Below, piece after piece: positions 25,609-34,000 of a DNA stretch of 57,197 bases. Below the pieces are notes generated by a model. That model did not search any database. It was not told the DNA's origin and worked only from the letters and a program-made list of their open reading frames with translations. The position numbers and the translations under genes are program-made. The DNA is from an uncultured archaeon (lineage in GTDB: Archaea > Aenigmatarchaeota > Aenigmatarchaeia > QMZP01 > QMZT01), in NCBI GenBank assembly GCA_964613955.1, contig CAZTJN010000002.1, positions 73,526 through 130,722 on the forward strand, given 5' to 3'. Position 1 is the first letter of the stretch. Each line of letters starts with the position of its first letter.

Positions 25609-27252
25609 TCATATGCTTTGTCCGCTTAATCTAAAACACGTTTGCTTTATCAGGTTGACTATCTCGGCAACCTGCGGACCCATGTAATCGCCGTAACACT
25701 TTGAAATCCTCTTCTGTATGTTTATTTCATAAGGCCCTGGTTTCACGAAAATGCCTACAGTAGGTCTTATGACCTTTCTCCTGAACGTACGCACACCCTT
25801 CTTTAAAGATGCGAGTTTTTTGGATTTTATCTTCTTCTTCTCTATCTCTTCGAACTCCTCTTCAATTTTTTCCTTTATCCCCCTCTCGACTTCTTTAACG
25901 CCTATAAGCTCGTTTATTTCTCTTTCAAAGGCCATCTTTTTGGCTTCAAGTTCGAGCATGAAAACCAGAAGGGCGTTCTGGGATATGAGGAAGGGATGAA
26001 AATGAAAGTACTGGTCCTCAACGACCATGGGCCCTGTCGACCCCCTCTTATACGCAACATTGTAATCCATATCCACAAATATGTAGTACAGATACCTCGG
26101 GTCGTATACAGGGCCGGGATGAACTGTGAGTATCTCTTTCTTTTTTGCAGTGTAGCCGGGCATTGTCCATTCCTTCAGGAATCTTCGTATGTCCTTTTCG
26201 GTGAATTTAACACCGTACTTTTTTTCTATTTTTGCCTGCTGCTCCTTTGCCCAGTCGTCGTAAGGGTCTATTTCATACCCCTGTCCACGCAGTATGACCG
26301 GCTTTCCCATTTCCTCGGGTTTTATGGGTTTTATGAACCACAGTTTCGCCCAGATTTCTCCTTCAGGGGTCATGGCCATCTTCAGGGGGTTTGTCAGGTC
26401 ATCTGCAACGCGACCGGGTATCTCGGAAACCTCCTTTATTCTCTTGAACCTTTGCAGATACGGCTTCAGCCAGTCCCTGTACTGGTCAACGGACCTCTTT
26501 CTCGATTCGAGAAGGTTCTTTATTCTTGCATATCTCTCCTTCACATCCGGGAAGAACAGCCTTTTCCATTCGAGAAACAATTCATTCTTCGTCTTCAGAA
26601 CCACGGCTTCAGCCTGAGAGACTTTCAATTCCTTTCTTATTTTTTCAGTATCCCTCCATTCGCTCTTCATCCTTATGAAGTCTGAGATTATGGTTGGCCA
26701 TCTCTTCGCCATGGTAATCATCGAATAACCTTCGCCCGTGTACGCATCCACTCTGTCGACGAACAGCGAACGAAGGATGTGCTCGTCCTTTTTCCCCATC
26801 TTGAAGTAATCAAGGATCTCCCTGTACTTCCTTTCATCATGCTTCAGAAGCTCGTAGTCCGCGACGGCCTGCGCCGCCGAAGCGAGTCCGGATTTTATCT
26901 GGCCTTCCAGTTTTTCCTTCTGTGCAAGCACCGGGGCGAAGGCCGGCGGAGGGTTGGGTGTAAGAAGTATGTATTCATCGGCCTTTTTTACATTCCAGTG
27001 CCACTTCGCAACGCGGTACATCATTACGTTGTATATGATTTCTGCCTGTCCTTCCAGCGTGACCGGATTTATGCTCGTCATCTGGTCTATGCTAGCTGGG
27101 GAAATGACAACCTCACCCAGGATAGCCTTTTTTCTCGCCTTCTCCATCAATATATCAGCAATCATCGGGCCTTCCTGAAGTTTTCGGAGTTCCCTCTCCC
27201 TTTCCCTGCTTATTTGGGCTTCGCTTTTCACTTTCTTTCTGAAAAATACCAT
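25609..27252 (-). CDS. Hypothetical 547-aa protein (charged, coiled-coil segment near the C-terminus, no recognisable catalytic motif)
   Basis: Long uninterrupted ORF ending 9 nt upstream of the TIM-barrel gene. I saw no P-loop, signal peptide or TM segment. A Glu/Lys-rich segment is KEKIEEEFEEIEKKKIKSKK. Confidence 0.8.
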   Translation of the reverse strand: MVFFRKKVKSEAQISRERERELRKLQEGPMIADILMEKARKKAILGEVVISPASIDQMTSINPVTLEGQAEIIYNVMMYRVAKWHWNVKKADEYILLTPNPPPAFAPVLAQKEKLEGQIKSGLASAAQAVADYELLKHDERKYREILDYFKMGKKDEHILRSLFVDRVDAYTGEGYSMITMAKRWPTIISDFIRMKSEWRDTEKIRKELKVSQAEAVVLKTKNELFLEWKRLFFPDVKERYARIKNLLESRKRSVDQYRDWLKPYLQRFKRIKEVSEIPGRVADDLTNPLKMAMTPEGEIWAKLWFIKPIKPEEMGKPVILRGQGYEIDPYDDWAKEQQAKIEKKYGVKFTEKDIRRFLKEWTMPGYTAKKKEILTVHPGPVYDPRYLYYIFVDMDYNVAYKRGSTGPMVVEDQYFHFHPFLISQNALLVFMLELEAKKMAFEREINELIGVKEVERGIKEKIEEEFEEIEKKKIKSKKLASLKKGVRTFRRKVIRPTVGIFVKPGPYEINIQKRISKCYGDYMGPQVAEIVNLIKQTCFRLSGQSI

Positions 27253-27301
27253 TTCTCTCCCCGCATTTAACTATTGTCGAAGCTAAAATAAAAAACTAAA
27301 T

Positions 27302-27499
27302 CTAACTGAAAAGAAGAAAGCCACCTATGACAAGCAAGACGAGACCGACCAGAACACCGATCACATCCATGTGGAAACCCATCGTCTCCACATTCTGTGT
27401 ATCCGAAATACCGGGGAGGAACAAAACCAAAAAACCACCAACGATTATGAGCAAGACCGCGAGAACTTTTACTCCAAGCCACCATAGCATACAAATCAT
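27302..27499 (-). CDS. Small two-TM membrane protein with an internal repeat
   Basis: 65 aa. TM1 LLIIVGGFLVLF and TM2 LLVIGGFLLF are repeats of each other. It lies 49 nt upstream of the 547-aa gene on the same strand. Confidence 0.5.
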   Translation of the reverse strand: MICMLWWLGVKVLAVLLIIVGGFLVLFLPGISDTQNVETMGFHMDVIGVLVGLVLLVIGGFLLFS

Positions 27500-27516
27500 G
27501 CCTGCCCAAGTTAACT

Positions 27517-27547
27517 AATTTATAATTTACAAGTGAAAATATAAATA
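27517..27547. promoter_or_regulatory. Back-to-back divergent promoter elements
   Basis: AATTTATAAT (27517-27526) is positioned for the + strand genes (GAGGTGA Shine-Dalgarno at 27558-27564, ATG at 27568). AAATATAAATA (27537-27547) read on the minus strand is positioned for the gene starting at 27499. Confidence 0.35.
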
Positions 27548-27567
27548 AGGAAAACCAGAGGTGAAAC

Positions 27568-28083
27568 ATGCCGGTATGGGCAAGAACAAAGATCGTAATG
27601 CAAGAGGACTGCTACAGGGAGAAACCTGAAAGGATAACCATAAAATACGTTGGCCCGAATCCTACGAAACTCTACTACAAGGTCTACGAGCTTCTCAAAT
27701 CCATTATCAGGGCGTCCGACTCTGACATACAAGAGGAGAACTACAGCTGGGGCAAGGCGGCAGACAAGGAAAAGTTCAAGGTAAGGTGGTATGTTCACAA
27801 AGATTTGGACCCGTACACATACCTCTACCTGAGGTTCGACGTTTCCGGTTCTGGGAACGAGAAGTCGGGAAACGCAAAGATAAAGATAAAACCCGTGATG
27901 AGGACAGAATATCCGCAGGATACGTTGTGGCAGAGGTCGCTCTTCTACGAGATGATGCGGACATTCTGGCACAGGATGTTCTATCACAGAAAGAGAGAGG
28001 AATACGCAGAGGAGTGCAGAAATCTAATCACGTTATTCCAGAGAGAAATAAACGAGTTCTTCAAGCAGCTGAGAGAGGAATAA
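27568..28083 (+). CDS. Hypothetical protein, paralog 1 of an unrecognised family
   Basis: 171 aa. It shares with the next gene [ED]DCY..(I/L)xYxGP(N/D)P near the N-terminus, a WYVH/YVHW segment, and an aromatic-rich C-terminal helix (LWQRSLFYEMMRTFWHRMFY). A strong GAGGTGA Shine-Dalgarno box is present. Confidence 0.75.
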   Translation: MPVWARTKIVMQEDCYREKPERITIKYVGPNPTKLYYKVYELLKSIIRASDSDIQEENYSWGKAADKEKFKVRWYVHKDLDPYTYLYLRFDVSGSGNEKSGNAKIKIKPVMRTEYPQDTLWQRSLFYEMMRTFWHRMFYHRKREEYAEECRNLITLFQREINEFFKQLREE

Positions 28084-28100
28084 AATAATGGTTGGTCGCA

Positions 28101-28592
28101 ATGGCAAAGGTAGAGATAGAAGACGATTGCTACGCACCTAGGAAGAGCGAATGGCTTGAATATAGCGGACCGGACCCGTTCGCCTTCGTTAGGGAGCACA
28201 GAAACATTCTCCGTCCGGTTTTTGAAGTAGGAACTTCGAGCACGGGCGAACCTAGATGGATGTGGGACTGGACAGGAGACCCCATACAGCTTTACGTGCA
28301 CTGGATTGCAAAGAAGAAATACAGCAGGTTCACAACCTTTCTCATCAGCATCAGGACGGTCGGGTTCATATCGAAGGCCCGAAAAGAAGGGACATTCAGG
28401 ATGGAGATCGAGCCTATTCTGAGACATAAATTTGAAGGGAACAGGCTGGTCGTCTGGTTATGGTGGTTGTACTGGTATCTTTTCTACAACCGCGTGAGGC
28501 AGTCCATGCTGGTCCGCTGCAAAGGGATGGCTGACAAGTTTATAGCAGTTATAAGGGACATGTACAATTTAGGCTCTGTAAAAGAAGAGTGA
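28101..28592 (+). CDS. Hypothetical protein, paralog 2 of the same family
   Basis: MAKVEIEDDCY..LEYSGPDP..LYVHWIAKKK..RLVVWLWWLYWYLFYNRV. Start taken as ATG 28101. The ORF track's start at 28092 is a TTG. Confidence 0.75.
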   Translation: MAKVEIEDDCYAPRKSEWLEYSGPDPFAFVREHRNILRPVFEVGTSSTGEPRWMWDWTGDPIQLYVHWIAKKKYSRFTTFLISIRTVGFISKARKEGTFRMEIEPILRHKFEGNRLVVWLWWLYWYLFYNRVRQSMLVRCKGMADKFIAVIRDMYNLGSVKEE

Positions 28593-28596
28593 GGGA

Positions 28597-30378
28597 TTAT
28601 CCAATATAATAAAACTGGCCGCTTTCTTTTTGTTCTCTGTCTTTTTGCGAATCCGGTTTGTTTGCCCTGGCTCTTCCCGTAAGCGGATCTCTCCTGAAGG
28701 TCACACCCAACATCTTCAGAAAATTGTTCATCCCCTCATTCATAGGGCACGGTTCTCTCCCAAGACCCTGCCTTCCCCCTTCTCCCTCGAAGACCATTAT
28801 CCTGTCTGATATGGAATCTATGACCTGCAGATCATGGTCCACAACAAACGCCGATATCTCTTTATCCTCTACATGAGACCTTATAATCTTTGACATCCTT
28901 AACCTCTGCTCAACGTCAAGAAAGGCGGAAGGCTCATCTAGGAGAAGGATTTCGTGCTCTCTGCCGAGCGAACACGCGATGAACACTGCCTGCAGTTCAC
29001 CGCCCGAAAGGTCTTTCATTTTTTTATCCAAGTTTCTTTCTATCCCAAGCATGGAGAGCATCCTCTTGAATCCACTTTCGTACAACTTCTTCCCAACTTG
29101 AAATTCTATATATTCACACACCTTTGCTTTACCTTCGTCATTCCCCAGCACGAGCCTCTGAGGTTTGTAGGAAAGTTTGAGGGATTTTAGAAACTTTCCT
29201 TTGTCAGGTTTAAGTTCGCCAATAAGCATGCGTATGAACGTGGTCTTGCCAATGCTGTTGGGTCCGACGATCCCTATTACCTCGCCTTGGTTGATATCCC
29301 CTTCCTCTGTCCTCAGCCTGAAAGTTCCGAAATCTTTTTCAAAACCTGAGAAATCCATAAACTTTTTGTCCTTTACCGATATGTGTGCCTTTCCTGAGAA
29401 AGTTATAGGCTTCTCCCGGAACCGGACATTCTCCTCCCTTATATAACCTTCAAGATACGTATTTATCCCCACCCTCACACCGTAAGGATTTGAAACCACG
29501 CCGAATGCCCCCGGCCTTCCATAAAGTATATGAACATGGTCGCTGAGATAATCCAGTATTGCCAGATCATGTTCAACCACCATCACCTGCCTTTCCTTCG
29601 CTAGAGATCTTATCTCCCTTGCTACCATAAGTCTCTGGCTCACATCAAGGTAGCTGGAAGGTTCGTCGAAAAAATAGAAATCGCATTCCTTTGAAAGAAC
29701 TGCCGCTATCGCTAGCAATTGAAGCTCGCCGCCTGAGAGGGTTTTTACGTCTTTGTCCAGCATTGTTTGCATGTTCAGTTTTTTCACAACATCCGAACTA
29801 TCACCATGCTTGTCGAGAAGGTCTTTCACCTCCCCTTTCCATGTTCTTGGTATAAGGTCAACGTGCTGTGGTTTATAACTTATCTTCAATCCTTTGCGGG
29901 ATAACATTTCAAGGTATTCCTGTAGTTCTGTCCCCTTGAATTTTTTAATTATGAAATCCCACGGAACTCTTCCCTTGAAAATCCCTGCATTCGGCCTGAT
30001 ATTTCCTGAAAGAATGTTAAGAACGGTTGTTTTTCCAACACCATTCGGCCCTATCAAACCTGTCACTACGTTTTTCTTCGGTATGGGCAGTTTGTATAGG
30101 GCAAACTGGTTTTTTCCGTATCTGTGTATGGGGTCTTCCTCCAGTTCTTTTGGAAGATTAACAACAGCTATCGCCTTGAATCCGAGTTTTTCACATGCCT
30201 TCGAACATATACCACATCCTATACACAGCTCTTCATTGAATACTGGATAGCCATCCTCCCCCTTGATTATGCACTCCTCCCCGGATCTGTTTATGGGGCA
30301 AACCTTGATGCACTTGTAACCGCAGCTTTCATGTCTGCACAAATCCTTGTCATGCACAACGATTCTTTTCTTTTGCAT
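28597..30378 (-). CDS. abce1: ABCE1/RLI ribosome-recycling ATPase
   Basis: N-terminal 2x[4Fe-4S] ferredoxin-type Cys clusters (CxxxxCxxxCP, CIGCGICSKAC). Two ABC modules are present (GPNGVGKTT, LSGGELQ; GPNSIGKTT, LSGGELQ). Confidence 0.95.
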   Translation of the reverse strand: MQKKRIVVHDKDLCRHESCGYKCIKVCPINRSGEECIIKGEDGYPVFNEELCIGCGICSKACEKLGFKAIAVVNLPKELEEDPIHRYGKNQFALYKLPIPKKNVVTGLIGPNGVGKTTVLNILSGNIRPNAGIFKGRVPWDFIIKKFKGTELQEYLEMLSRKGLKISYKPQHVDLIPRTWKGEVKDLLDKHGDSSDVVKKLNMQTMLDKDVKTLSGGELQLLAIAAVLSKECDFYFFDEPSSYLDVSQRLMVAREIRSLAKERQVMVVEHDLAILDYLSDHVHILYGRPGAFGVVSNPYGVRVGINTYLEGYIREENVRFREKPITFSGKAHISVKDKKFMDFSGFEKDFGTFRLRTEEGDINQGEVIGIVGPNSIGKTTFIRMLIGELKPDKGKFLKSLKLSYKPQRLVLGNDEGKAKVCEYIEFQVGKKLYESGFKRMLSMLGIERNLDKKMKDLSGGELQAVFIACSLGREHEILLLDEPSAFLDVEQRLRMSKIIRSHVEDKEISAFVVDHDLQVIDSISDRIMVFEGEGGRQGLGREPCPMNEGMNNFLKMLGVTFRRDPLTGRARANKPDSQKDREQKESGQFYYIG

Positions 30379-30408
30379 ATTACATAACTCCTTTGAATTT
30401 TACAATGG

Positions 30409-31077
30409 CTAAGATTTTTTTATGCCTTTCAAGAACACTGCCACCAGGGCTGCCATGAGAATGACCAGAACAAGCACCAAGGCAAAGAACAGCGGATCTT
30501 TCTCATACACTTTTTTCAGGCTGCCCGGCACCGGTGCCGCAGCAGGTCCACTTTGATTGTTACGAGGGATTTCCCCACCTTCTTCCCTCCCGCCTTCCAC
30601 CGCCTTCCCCTCACCCGTCTCTTCGCTTTCGTAAACTTCAGGCTGGCCTGGGAGGTCTTCGGGGTTTATTTCACTTGGTGGAAGATAGCCGCTTTCAAGC
30701 GGGCAGTTGGTCCCGTTTGCTCTTGAAAAACTATATACCTTTGATTCGGCATGCCTGAATATATTGCTCTCTCCCAAAAGGTAATCGTTCACACCGAAGA
30801 GGACCAGCGGAACGGCATCTGGAAGATTGTAGGCCTCCCTGTATGCATCAAAGATATTTCTGTTTTCCTGGCTGGCGTCCACATTGTATTTTATTGCCGT
30901 AAGAGTTTTTGCATATTCTTTAAGGAGACCGTCCATGAAGCTGTCCGTTATGCCGCATTCATCACAAAAATTACCTGTGAAATATACGAGACAGACAACG
31001 TTTTCTTTCGTGACATCCTGCGCAGCAACTACCGGAAACAGCAAAAGAATAACCAACAAGATGAACAATTTTCTCAT
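30409..31077 (-). CDS. Secreted, C-terminally membrane-anchored thioredoxin-like protein (CxxC)
   Basis: Signal-like N-terminus (MRKLFILLVILLLFPVVAAQ). VCLVYFTGNFCDECG contains a CDEC motif in a thioredoxin-like context. An acidic/Gly/Pro linker leads to a C-terminal TM segment. It lies 12 nt downstream of the adhesin gene. Confidence 0.6.
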   Translation of the reverse strand: MRKLFILLVILLLFPVVAAQDVTKENVVCLVYFTGNFCDECGITDSFMDGLLKEYAKTLTAIKYNVDASQENRNIFDAYREAYNLPDAVPLVLFGVNDYLLGESNIFRHAESKVYSFSRANGTNCPLESGYLPPSEINPEDLPGQPEVYESEETGEGKAVEGGREEGGEIPRNNQSGPAAAPVPGSLKKVYEKDPLFFALVLVLVILMAALVAVFLKGIKKS

Positions 31078-31089
31078 ACGATCTCCTCC

Positions 31090-34000
31090 TCACTTCCAAA
31101 TCCTTACCTCCATGACAGCAGGGCCCCACATAGAGGGAATCTGGGATATGAAATCCGACTGGAATTTGACCTCTTCTGTCACTTCCAGGTCAATAGGGTT
31201 GCTGTACGATCCGTCTCCGTTTCCGGTGGGCCCTGTTTCATTATGCTCCATATTTACAACGGCAGGGTTCTGGTCAGCCATGAAGTTTATTTTGTCCATC
31301 AGCTTCATAAAGCCGTTATCAATCGAATCATTTTCCGGATCAAACACATCGCTGGGGTCAACACCCACCTCCACAGTCACCGAACTTTCAGGGATGTTGT
31401 CGCCATCGGAATCATAATAAATTGTTGGGCTTGATCCTTTCGCCTTGGGGAAAACGTCACTGTATTCCGTGAGGCCAACGCCCGTGATGCCCAACGTGTA
31501 AATGACCCTGTCATCTGGGGATGCTCCCAAGCCGTCTTGAAGGGAAGGGTGAAGCCCTGTTCCTATCCTGAATGAATTGTTGCCTCCTGGTTCGAGCAGG
31601 TTTGGCGGTATCTGTACGATGTACGGATCGCCCAGCCCCTCGTATTTGTCTGAATAATTCCCTAGCCAGTATACGCGTGTCCAGTTTTGGTTGGGGGTAT
31701 TTGAAGAATTAACCCATAATCTGTCTGTCCAGTAATATGATGAATACGAAGTTATTTTCGAATCCAAGACCTTTGTTACGACTTCTGTGTTGCCCGGAAT
31801 TGTAAACCACCCCTCTTTCGTTCCTGTTTCATTGTCTGTTATCATGGCTTCGCCGGTCGAGTCCCTCAGTCTCGGGGATTCGAAATTAAGCGTCAGCTCT
31901 CCGTATTCCATTGTTCTGACGACAGGGGTGTAATTGAACGATATGAATGAATCCGGATAAAGAATGTTGTTCAGCGAGACATTCCCACTAACATTGAAAA
32001 TCTGGGCCTGGTAGGTTGCGTTGGCTATGTCATTCGCTATATCCCTGTATATTTTCTTCAAACTTTCTGCGTTCGAACTGTTGTAATATTTGTTGCAGTC
32101 AGGTATCCAATCATTCGCTGAACAGTTCCAACAGGCTATTCTTTTAAGCGTTTCGTTATCCGCTCCGCTTCCAAATGCAACCGAATATACCTGTATGCTG
32201 TGGTTTTCCCTTGCTTCACACGCTTTTTCAATTGACTGATCACTTGCATCTATCCCAGAGGGGCAGTAGTATCCAGGAACGCACCTGTTTGCATATCCAT
32301 CGCTCATGACCAGTACAGCCTCGTATCTCTTCATCGTGTAATTCAGCTCCAGACCGAATTTCGCATTTTCGTTGTCGTTATTACGGAGTTTCACGGCTAT
32401 GACGTTGTCCCCCTTCCTGAAATACGATCTATCAACTGGTATTCTCTCCCTTATCTTAACGTCATCCACGTAGAACCTTTCAGAATCCAGGCTTGATCTG
32501 GAACCGAACCTTATTGTGAAGTTATCAATCATGCTGTACCCTGATAGATCTATTTCTTCATGGTTGTACTCGTTGTAATTATGGTTTGACGAATATCTTC
32601 TCAACCTTTTCCATCCCCCGTCCCATATCCAGACATCTGAGTATTCACTGGTTTCTACCGGATTGTCGCCCATCCTCCACCAGTACGAAAGTGTGAGGTT
32701 CGATTTTCCGGACAAGTTTATGGATTTTTCCGCGTAACCATATGAATCCATGTCCCTGAAGACCAAGACGTCGGTTCCGCTGTGCGCGGGATAACCGGGG
32801 TAATCTGCCATGAGAAACACTTCCTTGTCATCCGATGGCGTTCCGTCAGCAATCCAGTAGCCGGGGGAACGGTTTATCTCGTCATAGTAAAGTCTGTTCG
32901 CACCTCCTGTGTAGTAACCTTCGAAATCATCGTAGAATACGACGCCTCCTTTATTCCAGTATTCTGCCTGGTGTTCTCTTGTATCGTTGTTTATCAGGTG
33001 ACCATTAAGGTACACTTCAGCGTTGTCATCCGAGAGAACGTGCAGTTCCCCGGAATCTATCAGGCTGGGATCTTCTATGTCAAAATGTTTTCTGAAATAA
33101 TAATTCCCTCCGTTGTTCCCTATATCCGTCTGTACGTTCGGAGGATATGGGTTGTTTTCGAAACCTAGTATTGCCTGTCCCTCGCTCCATTCCGTATCGC
33201 TGTAGTTATGGGATGTCCAGTGTGTCCCGTTAATGTCGTTCGGAGGTTCAGCCGAAGGATAGCTTGTATTGTAAAGCCATAAGGAATTCGAATGAATAAC
33301 GGTTTTAACGATTTTGGATGTGTCCAACAGATTCACTGCACTCGCTATACCACATGATATGCAGGTGGCCGAATCATCATAGTAACCATTTATATGAGAA
33401 TAGAGGGAATTGCTGTCGTTGCTCATTGGGTGGACACCGACAACCCTTGTGGTGTAATTTACGAGACCGACCCTGTTTCCTGTGTAATTGAGAATGGTAG
33501 AAACGAATTCCTTGTCCACGTCCTTGGCCACATTTATCCTGTTCCTGTGACAGATGGGTGTGGTGTCGCATATTCCTCCTGTGCATTCTGATTCGACATC
33601 GCATGTTGACATGCTTCCCGAAACATCTGTTATCAGAACAGAGTCGCTCGTCCCCTCGCCGCTTATGAACGCGAACGTTTCCGTTCCGAATCTTAATGGT
33701 ATGGTGGCGTTGCTCAAAATTTTAGTCAGGTTCTCCTTCCCGCCGAATATTTCTGAGATGTTCTCATCAGGGATATACAGGTTTATTTCTCCCGTTGTGT
33801 TGCTCCTCATCATTTCTTCCGACCCTATTATCAGATAAACAGGAATGCCCTGATTGTTCAGGCTGAGATTGTTTTTGTAATGAAGCCTGATGCTTATGTT
33901 TTTAAGGGTTCCTGGCACGTAAAAAGAGGAATAAAGATTTATCAGGCCCTTTACTCCTGGGAACCAGTATCTCTTCTCGGATGTTCCCCCGCCGTACACG

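Noticed and set aside
25996-26685. 229-aa + strand ORF, antisense to the 547-aa gene
   Set aside because: This is a shadow ORF within a longer opposite-strand ORF. Its composition is low-complexity and Cys/Phe-rich, which is atypical of the other proteins here.
30409-30560. PGF-CTERM/archaeosortase sorting signal in the thioredoxin-like protein (PVPGS... followed by a TM segment and a basic tail)
   Set aside because: The motif is PGS, not PGF, and it is separated from the TM helix by ~12 residues. It is treated as a plain C-terminal anchor.
30751-31434. 227-aa + strand ORF spanning the thioredoxin-like/adhesin junction
   Set aside because: It is antisense to two well-supported minus-strand genes and crosses their 12-nt intergenic gap. 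There is no independent support for it.
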